Origin: Enterobacter quasihormaechei
Lineage (GTDB): Bacteria; Pseudomonadota; Gammaproteobacteria; Enterobacterales; Enterobacteriaceae
Direction of reading: 5' to 3'
Assembly (NCBI RefSeq): GCF_004331385.1
Contig: NZ_SJON01000029.1
Location: 414 to 24,413 of the forward strand
Length of the DNA: 24,000 nt
Each line of letters begins with the position of its first letter. Positions within the stretch are counted from its first letter, which is position 1. Below the pieces are notes generated by a model. The model made no database searches and had not been told where the DNA came from. It was given only the letters and a program-made list of their open reading frames with translations. Shown piece after piece: positions 14,504 through 22,746 of this stretch. The position numbers were made by a program, and so were the translations under genes.

Positions 14504-14902
14504 TTATCCTGACTTGCCAAACAGCTGTGGCATTTCATCAAACATCATCAGGTGACGGGTGCGCTTTCCGCGAAAAATACGGCGCATCATCGGCGTGAAA
14601 TCCCCAGGCTCCCAGCCATAGGGCCACGTATGGTAAATCCCTTCCTGCAGCTTGCTGTCGCGACGTTCTGGTCCGGCAACGATACGCCTGACCTCCCTGT
14701 TCAGCGCCTCACCGCGCAGACCGTACTGGCCCAGGTAGCGGCGCAGCCGCGTTCTCGGCATTCGTGGATCGGATTTCACGTAAGCATTAATATCCATATG
14801 CTGGGTGGCGGTGAGGATATTCATGCCGTACTTGCGCATTGTGCTGAAGGCGCTGGCCATCACGTCCGTTTCGGTCTGTGATTTATCATCGGTCCGGTTC
14901 AT
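14504..14902 (-). CDS. Hypothetical basic protein (132 aa)
   Basis: AGGAA RBS. Arg-rich stretches (PRMPRTRLRRYL, REVRRIV, MMRRIFRGKRTRH). No family recognised. Confidence 0.5.
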   Translation of the reverse strand: MNRTDDKSQTETDVMASAFSTMRKYGMNILTATQHMDINAYVKSDPRMPRTRLRRYLGQYGLRGEALNREVRRIVAGPERRDSKLQEGIYHTWPYGWEPGDFTPMMRRIFRGKRTRHLMMFDEMPQLFGKSG

Positions 14903-14944
14903 CTGGTTTCCTGTTAACTGGCTTAAGGGTTCGTTCGTCCAGGC

Positions 14945-15268
14945 TCACGCGGTGCCTTCCTGCAGCGACCGGAAGGCAAGCAGGGCATCCGTCCTGGAGG
15001 GCAGCGCGATACAGTCCCCGCGCTGCGGGTTAATCTCTTCGTCAGTGGCCTCGTTATACCGCATGCGCAGCCGCCATCCCGTCACGGGAGGCGCGTTCTG
15101 TATCGCCAGCACCATCCCTTCCGGCGACAGCAATTCGCGGAGGGTGTAGCAGGCCCCGATACGGGTCGAATCCCGCAGCCACATCACAGGGTACTCACTG
15201 ACCAGCTGGTCATACACACATTCCGGCGTATGGAAGTAATTACCGTCCGCCCTGCATAAACCGCACAT
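14945..15268 (-). CDS. Hypothetical protein (107 aa from ATG 15268) with N-terminal CxxC...HxxxC
   Basis: Strong AAGGAAGGA RBS lies 4 nt before ATG 15268 (MCGLCRADGNYFHTPEC). The track start at 15340 overlaps the upstream gene and lacks an RBS. Confidence 0.5.
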   Translation of the reverse strand: MCGLCRADGNYFHTPECVYDQLVSEYPVMWLRDSTRIGACYTLRELLSPEGMVLAIQNAPPVTGWRLRMRYNEATDEEINPQRGDCIALPSRTDALLAFRSLQEGTA

Positions 15269-15311
15269 AATCCTTCCTTTACTGAGAAATCCCGCCTTCG
15301 AGTTTTCGTGG

Positions 15312-15650
15312 TCATTCGTTAGCCTGGACGGGACCATCACCTTTAGGGACGAAAAATTCTAATGTATCTTTCATTTTGGCTAGGTTATGTGCTCCTGCAG
15401 GGGCTGGCCCTCCTAGTGAAACTGGATCGTCGTATCCGTACAACGTTGTCCATTTACCGTCACTGTTGCGTTGCCCGATTAAACGGCAGGCCGCTGATAG
15501 AAAATACCTGGGTGAAAAGACCTGTTCCTCTCCGGCACGAATATCCCCTTTGTACCAGAGGTTATCATCAGGATGACCCACAGCGTTCAGTTCAGTAATT
15601 AAATCCCACATGTTGTCGAATTTTTGTGGTGGCTTTCTGTTCGGGTTCAT
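15312..15650 (-). CDS. Hypothetical protein (112 aa)
   Basis: GGAAGG RBS. First gene of a same-strand run ending in the recombinase. No family recognised. Confidence 0.5.
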   Translation of the reverse strand: MNPNRKPPQKFDNMWDLITELNAVGHPDDNLWYKGDIRAGEEQVFSPRYFLSAACRLIGQRNSDGKWTTLYGYDDPVSLGGPAPAGAHNLAKMKDTLEFFVPKGDGPVQANE

Positions 15651-16078
15651 TTATGCCTTCCATTTTCTTGTGAAATAGTCACTCAGAGTAATTATGACGG
15701 GCGGCAGATCTGTCTGCGCACAACCCTGCGTCTGTCACTCTGATTATTTTCCCCTGCCGTCATCATTTTCAGGCTGATAATAAGCAGCCATATAGCCACG
15801 TCGTTAAATTACCGGAGGGCCGTTCCGGTCAGATCCGATTTTTACGCTATTTCGCAGTTTCCGGAAGTGTATCACGCACACGGAATAACCACACCGCCCT
15901 TTTCCGGTGGTGAGCGGGCAGTCGCGGGGCAGGGAATAAACACTATATATAGAAGAAAACGCAGCTGACGGAGTGCCACATGTTGTGTTTCTGCGCTTCT
16001 GCGCGCCGGTGGGGTTCAGGAAGATCCGGAACTCACAGAAATCGGATCTCAGTGAAAAAAGAAGAACCGCGAGGTATC

Positions 16079-16102
16079 ACATGATGATAAGTGACATCAT
16101 GT
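16079..16102. promoter_or_regulatory. Inverted repeat ACATGATG-N8-CATCATGT, candidate operator upstream of the RHH/KAP operon
   Basis: Perfect 8-bp arms at 16079-16086 and 16095-16102, about 25-70 bp upstream of a possible promoter (TTGATG 16126-16131, 16-nt spacer, TATATT 16148-16153). Confidence 0.25.
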
Positions 16103-16188
16103 CATCAAATTGACTGAATTAAATATTGATGATTAACTCACGTAAAGTATATTCATTCATGCAAATTACCTCCCACTAAACTTAGCCC

Positions 16189-17298
16189 ATGACAGGATCC
16201 ACCATGCTGAGCCAGCTGACCCTGCGCTTTCACAAAAAACTCATCGAGGCACTGAAAATTCGTGCCGGCCACGAAAACACCTCGGTGAATGCCCTGGCGG
16301 AACGCTTTCTCGACAGCGCGCTGAAAACCGCCGCCCCGGAGGACAGCTATCTGGCGCTGCTCGCCGATCGCGATGAGGCCATCCGCCAGATGTACCGCAA
16401 AATTATGCTCGGCCAGACCTTCGGCCTGGCGCCGGTCACCCGTGACGAACTGCGGCTGCTGCTCGGCCTGGCCCAGGAAGGCTGTGTCCACGGCCGCAAC
16501 CGGCTGGTGACCCGCCCGGCCCTGCAGATGCTGCTGGACATCACCGGGGAACTGCTGGCCTGGCAGACGGAACATAATATGCCTGTCGATCTGCCGTACC
16601 TGCAGGGCATTTTTCACCTGCAGGGAGTAGCGCCGGCCGCCGAATACACGGACTTTCTTGCGACGCTGCGTCAGCGTCCGATCATCGACCAGGGCTACGC
16701 CGAACGGCTGCTGCGCCCGCTGGCGTCACAGTGCTTCGATCTGCGTACCTTCCCGGAGGAGGCCCTGGCGCAGATCTTCATCCTGCCACGCCTGCAGGCG
16801 CTTTTCCCGCTGGCGCTGCGGGGCGAGTCCTGGTGCGAGGAGGATGCGCGCCAGCTGGCAGAGGCCACTCACCCCGTGATCCCGGCAGTCAGGGAGACGA
16901 TAGAAGCGGGTACACTGCGGTTTGATATTCAGGTGGACGGACAGGAGATCGCCCCGCGGCCCGGCGGCTGGTATGAAGTTCCGCGCCTGCACCTGCTGAT
17001 CACCGGCCAGGATTTTGTCGTCCCGTTCGGCTGGGCCCATTTCTCGGAGCTGCTGGGCCTGTTCACCCTGTATGCCCGTCATCCGGACGCACTCGCGCAT
17101 GGCCACCACGGTGAGCACGTGATGTTCTCACCACCGGGTAACGCCTCAAAGGACGGCTTTTTTGGCCTCGACGGGCTGCGGATCTTCCTGCCGCCAGACG
17201 ACTTCGAAACGCTGATTCGTGAGCTGGTTGCGCGCTGCAGTGAAGGAATCCTGGCTGATGCGCTGAATGGTCTGCGTGGCCTGTACGGAGATCTGTAA
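16189..17298 (+). CDS. Ribbon-helix-helix domain fused to an unknown ~320-aa domain (369 aa; start may be ATG 16204)
   Basis: The N-terminus LSQLTLRFHKKLIEALKIRAGHENTSVNALAERFLDSAL fits the CopG/Arc strand-helix-helix pattern. I recognise no motif in the remainder. AGGA lies 6 nt before ATG 16204. The stop is 2 nt before the next ATG. Confidence 0.65.
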   Translation: MTGSTMLSQLTLRFHKKLIEALKIRAGHENTSVNALAERFLDSALKTAAPEDSYLALLADRDEAIRQMYRKIMLGQTFGLAPVTRDELRLLLGLAQEGCVHGRNRLVTRPALQMLLDITGELLAWQTEHNMPVDLPYLQGIFHLQGVAPAAEYTDFLATLRQRPIIDQGYAERLLRPLASQCFDLRTFPEEALAQIFILPRLQALFPLALRGESWCEEDARQLAEATHPVIPAVRETIEAGTLRFDIQVDGQEIAPRPGGWYEVPRLHLLITGQDFVVPFGWAHFSELLGLFTLYARHPDALAHGHHGEHVMFSPPGNASKDGFFGLDGLRIFLPPDDFETLIRELVARCSEGILADALNGLRGLYGDL

Positions 17299-17300
17299 CC

Positions 17301-19556
17301 ATGGCTCATTCAACAGAACCGCAGTTGTCCGGAAAACACCCCGACCGGGCCGTCAGCACACCGGAGGAAGATCGCTACGGATTTACCTACATTGCCACCG
17401 AGCTAGCCCGTGCCATTCAGGGGATCGGACGGGAGGGCAGTGCCGTAGTTGGTATCGAAGGAGCCTGGGGGACGGGAAAAACCAGCCTCCTGAACCTGCT
17501 GCGCACGGCACTGGATGAACAGAAAGAAGAACGGACGTATGTCCTGAGCATTTCCCCCTGGCTTGACGGCAGTGATACGTCACTGGTGGCATCACTTCTG
17601 TTGCCGGTCGCAGGCATCATTGCCGAAGAAGAAAAAAAACGGCTTACAGACGTCGAACGGGCAGATCTTAAAGAGAAGGAAATGCTGACTGACACTACCC
17701 GCACGCTCATGGATTACACCCGAGCGACCGCCCGAAGACTGGCTCCGCTCGCGCAGATCGCCGCCGTGATACCCGGGGTCCCCGATGCCAGCGGAGCCCT
17801 GAAAGCCCTGTCGGATTCGGACTGGCTGAAAGGAAAAGAAAAAACCACGGCAGAAATGCGCGCCGAAATCGCAAAGAAAATCGCGGAGCTGGATCTGAGT
17901 TTCATCGTCCTGCTGGACGATCTTGACCGTCTTGAACCGGCGCAGGCGGTGGAGGTGGTCAGGCTGGTGAAATCGGTCGCCGATTTTCCCCGTTTTCGCT
18001 ACCTGCTCTGTTATGACAAAGCTGTCCTGTCACAGGCTATCAGTCAGGGGCTGGGGATTCCTGATGGCGACCTGTATTTACAGAAAATTGTGCAGATCTC
18101 CTTCGGATTGCCGCGTCCGGAAACCTTTGTGCTGCGCCGGCAATTCAGGGAAGAGGCCATCAGGTTATACGAAACGGTAAACGGGCAAGCCGCAGAGCCA
18201 GTTATGCGGGCCGCTCTGACGAGCGTCGCCGACATTTATGGTGCAGCACTAAAAACCCCCAGGGAGGTCCGGATAGCCATTAATGCGCTGGAATTCCGCT
18301 ATGCGAGCATGCGGGACTATGTTTATTTCCCGGATCTGTGCTTTCTGCAACTGCTCCGCACCACGAATGTCGGCCTGTATGACTGGGTGGAAGCATACCT
18401 GTCTGAACGGGCAGTGGTGGAGTCCGGCGAAGGCTATGTCAGTGAAGAAGAGCTGAAAGTAATGACCGGGAGCCTGCAGACTCACCTGTCCCGATATTTT
18501 CCTGACTCAGCGCATACCATCGATGCGCTGAGTCAGTGGGTTCCGGGGATCTCTACCGGGGTGACGGACCTTTCCATCCAGCTGTTCAGGACGGGAAACG
18601 AACAGGAAAAATCCTTGCTGACCGCAGGAAGGCGGCTGGGTAGCCTGACGTACTGGCGATACTATTTCGCCTTTTCGGCCCCGCAAAACGTCCTGCAACC
18701 GGAGGTTTTCGACAAAATCTTCGCGGTGGCAGGTCATCCGGGAAAACAGCAGGAACTCGCCGAATTGTTGCTGGGGTATATCCAGAACATAAATTTATCT
18801 TCCAGGACCTGGTTTGAGCACATACTGACCCAGCTGACCCAGCCACATATCGCATCCCGCACTCCCGCTGAATGCCGCGGTTTGCTGCGATTCTTCCTGG
18901 ACTACGGCGATGAAATGCTAAGGCGCTACCAGGCGGAAGATCCGCGATTTGAGTTGCATGACCTGGACACCTACAGCGTGGCTGACCGCCTCATCAGGCG
19001 GATGTTACAGGATAATGCAGACGATACCCTGGTCTTCCTGACAGAACTGACCCGGAACGGCCGGGCCTGGTACTGGATGACAGAATATGTGCATCACCTG
19101 CTGTGGCAACACGGGATGGCCGGGGGCATATCGAAAGATGAACAGGAAGAGTGGATGTCTCAGGACACATTAGAGACGTTTCGGGACACGCTTGGTTTCA
19201 GGCTGAACAGTACAGCCATCACCGATAAACTGCCGGATTTCACCCTGCTGAACAGGTATATCCATGCATGGTGTGACATTAGCGGAGTGCACGCCGTACG
19301 GGAATGGGTGACCTCTCAGATCCAGGAAGATGAGGCTTTTCTGAAGTTGCTTTTACAATTGCGGGATCATCGCACCAAATCAGTAAAGAGGGGGTACCGT
19401 ACCCTGAAACTGGCCAGCCTGACCGAAATTCTGGGGGAGGAAGAGCTGATTAAAATACGTATCAGGCATATCAAAAAGACAGGCTATTATGCAGAACTGG
19501 TTGCCCAGGTCGAGCAAGCCATTGCAGGATTCCGGTACTCACAATCCGATCGCTAA
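17301..19556 (+). CDS. KAP-family P-loop NTPase (751 aa)
   Basis: DRYGFTYIATELARAI...VVGIEGAWGTGKTSLLNLL (Walker A, nt 17460-17486) and SFIVLLDDLDRLEPAQAVEVVRLVKSVADFPRFRYLLCYDKAVL (Walker B plus the following block, nt 17901 onward) are the hallmark KAP NTPase motifs. Long helical C-terminal region. Confidence 0.85.
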   Translation: MAHSTEPQLSGKHPDRAVSTPEEDRYGFTYIATELARAIQGIGREGSAVVGIEGAWGTGKTSLLNLLRTALDEQKEERTYVLSISPWLDGSDTSLVASLLLPVAGIIAEEEKKRLTDVERADLKEKEMLTDTTRTLMDYTRATARRLAPLAQIAAVIPGVPDASGALKALSDSDWLKGKEKTTAEMRAEIAKKIAELDLSFIVLLDDLDRLEPAQAVEVVRLVKSVADFPRFRYLLCYDKAVLSQAISQGLGIPDGDLYLQKIVQISFGLPRPETFVLRRQFREEAIRLYETVNGQAAEPVMRAALTSVADIYGAALKTPREVRIAINALEFRYASMRDYVYFPDLCFLQLLRTTNVGLYDWVEAYLSERAVVESGEGYVSEEELKVMTGSLQTHLSRYFPDSAHTIDALSQWVPGISTGVTDLSIQLFRTGNEQEKSLLTAGRRLGSLTYWRYYFAFSAPQNVLQPEVFDKIFAVAGHPGKQQELAELLLGYIQNINLSSRTWFEHILTQLTQPHIASRTPAECRGLLRFFLDYGDEMLRRYQAEDPRFELHDLDTYSVADRLIRRMLQDNADDTLVFLTELTRNGRAWYWMTEYVHHLLWQHGMAGGISKDEQEEWMSQDTLETFRDTLGFRLNSTAITDKLPDFTLLNRYIHAWCDISGVHAVREWVTSQIQEDEAFLKLLLQLRDHRTKSVKRGYRTLKLASLTEILGEEELIKIRIRHIKKTGYYAELVAQVEQAIAGFRYSQSDR

Positions 19557-21097
19557 GGCCCTGGCGGGGCCTTATGCATGCATAGCGGACTGTACCATCG
19601 ATAAAAATCGGCGGCAGGCATGGGCCTGCCATAATAATATCCCTGCACGTACGGCACCTGATTTTTAATCAGCCAGTCAACCTGATGTGCTGCCGTCACG
19701 CCCTCCGCAATGGTGGTAAGGTTCAGACGCCTGCTGAGGCCGACAATGGTGTCCAGTACCGGTGTGTCCACATCGGCTGACGTCAGGCTGTCGATGAATA
19801 TTTTGTCTATTTTCAGGTAATCCACCGGCAGGCTCTGAAGCAGGCTCAGTGAGCAGTAGCCCGTACCAAAATCATCCACGGCCACCTGACAGCCTTTCTG
19901 ACGTAGCTCATTGAGTTTCACTGATGCCGTCTCTGTGTCCTCAACCAGGCTGCGCTCGGTAATTTCCAGCACCAGGCGAAATGCGGCGTCCAGAGATACC
20001 CGCAGTCTCAGAACATCAGCAGTAAACGACCGGTCCGCCAGGTGAGGGGCAGCAATATTGACACCCAGATGGAAAGGGGCGTTCACCTGCCAGACTCTGA
20101 CATCCTCTTCTATCAGGCCAAACAAATGCTGCGTCAGACTGATAATCAGACCTTCCTCTTCAGCGGCCCGGATAAATACCTCCGGTGAAATACTCCTGCC
20201 GTCGGGACGTTGCCAGCGCATCAGGGCTTCGGCGCCGGAGCAGATGCCAGTTTCGGTGTCACAGAACGGCTGGTAGTGCACGCTGAATTCGCCATCTGCC
20301 ATCCCTTTCCTGATTTCTTCTGCCAGAGACATCTTTCTGGTATCCCAGAGGCGCCACATGTACAGCATGGCTAACGTCAGAAGCAAAGACAGGGGGCCGA
20401 GGAAAATCAGGTTGCGCAGGATGTAATGGCGAAGCGACAGCGGCGGGGTAAGGATCCGAAGCTGCGCCTGACTCACATCAGAGCTGAACTCAGCGGTGAA
20501 CACTTTGGATCGGGGGGCGGTTTTCTCCTGACCGGAAATGATGGGTCCGCCATTAAAGCGGAGCTGCTGAGCCGAATGATCCTCATCATCCAGGGAGTCC
20601 ATCAGGTCCACGAAATACCGTGCATCCACCACACTGAACGCCGTGGTCCGGTTGCCGACGCCGAATGCGTAGATAACTGCAGCATGGCCTGGCACGCTGC
20701 TGGTTCCTTCTGTAGCGATGACTTTCATCCGACCCGGAGGGGCTGAAACGGTAACACCGAAAATATCATCGGCACTTTGCTGCCTGGCACCGGTCACGGA
20801 TGAACAGATTAATATACCATCCCGGATAAGTCCGGTGCTGCGGATATAGGGCGTCAGGGCCCCGTTCTCCGTCATCTGCTGCAGGACGCTTTCACAGGGC
20901 CGCGTGGAAAGCCTGGCAGTCACCAGATTCGCGCGCAGGGCAATGGATGTGATGTGGTCGACCTGGCTCATCAGAATACCCGCCGTCACGGCAGTGTCCC
21001 TGTCCAGCTGTCGATAAGCCATACCTGATGACAATAGTGTGATCAGGAGTGCGGGCACGAGAATTCCGGCAGCCAGCACCGATTTTCTAAATTTCAT
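19553..21097 (-). CDS. CSS-motif sensor / EAL-domain cyclic-di-GMP phosphodiesterase (514 aa)
   Basis: N-terminal TM helix, periplasmic domain with ILICSSVTG (CSS motif), a second TM helix (LIFLGPLSLLLTLAMLYMW), then an EAL domain (GAEALMRW, LEITER, DDFGTGY, KIDK, EGVT). Architecture as in the E. coli PdeC/PdeB group. Confidence 0.85.
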   Translation of the reverse strand: MKFRKSVLAAGILVPALLITLLSSGMAYRQLDRDTAVTAGILMSQVDHITSIALRANLVTARLSTRPCESVLQQMTENGALTPYIRSTGLIRDGILICSSVTGARQQSADDIFGVTVSAPPGRMKVIATEGTSSVPGHAAVIYAFGVGNRTTAFSVVDARYFVDLMDSLDDEDHSAQQLRFNGGPIISGQEKTAPRSKVFTAEFSSDVSQAQLRILTPPLSLRHYILRNLIFLGPLSLLLTLAMLYMWRLWDTRKMSLAEEIRKGMADGEFSVHYQPFCDTETGICSGAEALMRWQRPDGRSISPEVFIRAAEEEGLIISLTQHLFGLIEEDVRVWQVNAPFHLGVNIAAPHLADRSFTADVLRLRVSLDAAFRLVLEITERSLVEDTETASVKLNELRQKGCQVAVDDFGTGYCSLSLLQSLPVDYLKIDKIFIDSLTSADVDTPVLDTIVGLSRRLNLTTIAEGVTAAHQVDWLIKNQVPYVQGYYYGRPMPAADFYRWYSPLCMHKAPPGP

Positions 21098-21280
21098 TAT
21101 TCATCCTGTAGGTGGTTTCATAAATACCCTATCACCACTTAATGGCTTGTTAAGCATTAAATCACCCTTGTTTCATGGTTATTTAAGAAAGTAAAACCAT
21201 CCTGGGGTAATCTGTAATGAATATGAATCGCCACGGGTTTAACAGACACCTCAGAGTCATTTAAGATGACTTAAAGAGAG

Positions 21281-21565
21281 GTGCCCATGAGCGGTAAACG
21301 TTATCCCGAAGAGTTTAAAATTGAAGCAGTCAAGCAGGTTATTGATCGCGGTCATTCTGTTTCCAGCGTTGCAACACGTCTCGATATCACCACCCACAGC
21401 CTTTACGCCTGGATAAAGAAGTACGGTCCGGACTCATCCACTAATAAAGAACAGTCAGATGCTCAGGCCGAGATCCGCCGACTCCAGAAGGAACTGAAGC
21501 GGGTTACTGACGAACGGGACATATTAAAAAAAGCCGCGGCGTACTTCGCAAAGCTGTCCGACTGA
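21281..21565 (+). CDS. IS3-family transposase OrfA (HTH plus leucine zipper, 94 aa)
   Basis: YPEEFKIEAVKQV...SVSSVATRLDITTHSLYAWIKKY HTH, followed by a coiled-coil. The slippery A AAA AAA G motif at 21526-21533 lies within ILKKAAAYF. Confidence 0.9.
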   Translation: MPMSGKRYPEEFKIEAVKQVIDRGHSVSSVATRLDITTHSLYAWIKKYGPDSSTNKEQSDAQAEIRRLQKELKRVTDERDILKKAAAYFAKLSD

Positions 21566-21621
21566 GGTACGCCTTTATTCGTGACAACTCCCGTTGCTGG
21601 CCTGTTCGTCTGCTCTGCAGG

Positions 21622-22434
21622 GTGCTGGATGTTCATCCCAGTGGCTTTTACGCCTGGTTTAAGCAACCGTATTCTCAGCACCACCAGGTAGATTTGAGAC
21701 TGACGGGACAGATCAAACAGTTTTGGCTGGAGTCCGGTTGCGTTTATGGTTATCGCAAGATCCATCTGGACTTACGGGATAGCGGGCAACAGTGCGGAGT
21801 GAACAGAGTCTGGCGACTGATGAATCGTGCCGGGATAAAGGCTCAGGTCGGGTACCGGAGCCCTCGGGCACGCAAAGGCGAGGCCAGTATCGTGTCACCC
21901 GACAGGCTCCAACGACAGTTCAATCCGGATGCTCCGGATGAGCGTTGGGTAACGGACATAACCTACATCAGGACTCACGAAGGCTGGCTGTATCTGGCCG
22001 TGATTGTTGATCTGTTCTCACGCAAAATTATCGGCTGGTCAATGCAATCCCGGATGACAAAGGACATTGTCCTGAACGCACTGCTGATGGCTGTATGGCG
22101 GCGTAATCCTCAAAGACCGGTGCTGGTTCACTCGGACCAGGGCAGTCAGTACACAAGCCATGAGTGGCAGTCGTTCCTGAAATCACACGGCCTGGAAGGG
22201 AGTATGAGCCGTCGCGGTAACTGTCACGATAACGCGGTTGCAGAAAGCTTTTTCCAGTTACTGAAACGCGAGCGGATAAAGAAAAAGATCTACGGAACGC
22301 GGGAAGAAGCCCGCAGCGATATTTTTGATTACATCGAAATGTTTTATAACAGTAAGCGTCGGCATGGTTCGAGCAATCAGATGTCACCGACAGAATATGA
22401 AAACCAGTATTATCAACGGCTCGGAAGTGTCTAG
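21622..22434 (+). CDS. IS3-family transposase OrfB (DDE catalytic domain); expressed as OrfAB by -1 frameshift
   Basis: OrfB is in the -1 frame relative to orfA, and that frame is open from the slip site (21532). DDE triad contexts: WVTDITYI, VHSDQGSQYTS, DNAVAESFF. Confidence 0.9.
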   Translation: MLDVHPSGFYAWFKQPYSQHHQVDLRLTGQIKQFWLESGCVYGYRKIHLDLRDSGQQCGVNRVWRLMNRAGIKAQVGYRSPRARKGEASIVSPDRLQRQFNPDAPDERWVTDITYIRTHEGWLYLAVIVDLFSRKIIGWSMQSRMTKDIVLNALLMAVWRRNPQRPVLVHSDQGSQYTSHEWQSFLKSHGLEGSMSRRGNCHDNAVAESFFQLLKRERIKKKIYGTREEARSDIFDYIEMFYNSKRRHGSSNQMSPTEYENQYYQRLGSV

Positions 22435-22746
22435 ATTATCCGTGGCGATTCAATATAATCGCAGAGTTCAGATTGGGTAAATATTTTTGAACAGATTTGA
22501 CATTGCGCTGACAATCTTGGCGTTGCTTATCATTGCCGCAGAAACCTGGTTTTGCTCGGCCAGTGTGGTGTGGCGTATGGGAATGATGATAAGTCTTTAT
22601 CTGCTGCAGTGAGAAAAAGTATGCCAGTTATGGCCACGAAGTAAAAATTGCTGCGGGGACCACCAACCAGCGACAGACCAATAAGGAAAACAGAGTAATG
22701 GCTCTCAAAATGAATATTCTAATATTCGCTCTCGCGATGACAAGTT

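Larger units (their letters stand above)
21224..22452 (+). mobile_element. Complete IS3-family insertion sequence (1229 bp); IR resembles the IS51 group (tentative)
   Basis: Imperfect ~33-bp terminal inverted repeats beginning TGAATCGCCACGG (21224-21236, with reverse complement at 22440-22452). TG...CA termini. Flanked by a 3-bp direct repeat ATA (21221-21223 and 22453-22455). orfA/orfB with an A7G slippery site. Confidence 0.9.

Noticed and set aside
13767-14555. 262-aa plus-strand ORF opposite the tyrosine recombinase
   Set aside because: The recombinase frame carries the full R-H-R-H-Y signature. The antisense ORF is a low-complexity, Arg/Gly/Gln-rich product typical of GC-rich shadow frames.
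16153-16617. 154-aa minus-strand ORF overlapping the start of the RHH gene; similar antisense ORFs inside the KAP gene (17383..18855) and inside umuC (7380..8635)
   Set aside because: These are shadow ORFs within confidently assigned genes. They have no RBS and a biased composition.
22453-22746. Long stop-free minus-strand frame encoding hydrophobic sequence (..LLVCRWLVVPAAIFYFVAITGILFLTAADK..) between the IS and the LuxR-type gene
   Set aside because: The open stretch has no start codon or RBS. It may be a remnant of a membrane-protein gene truncated by rearrangement, but this cannot be supported.
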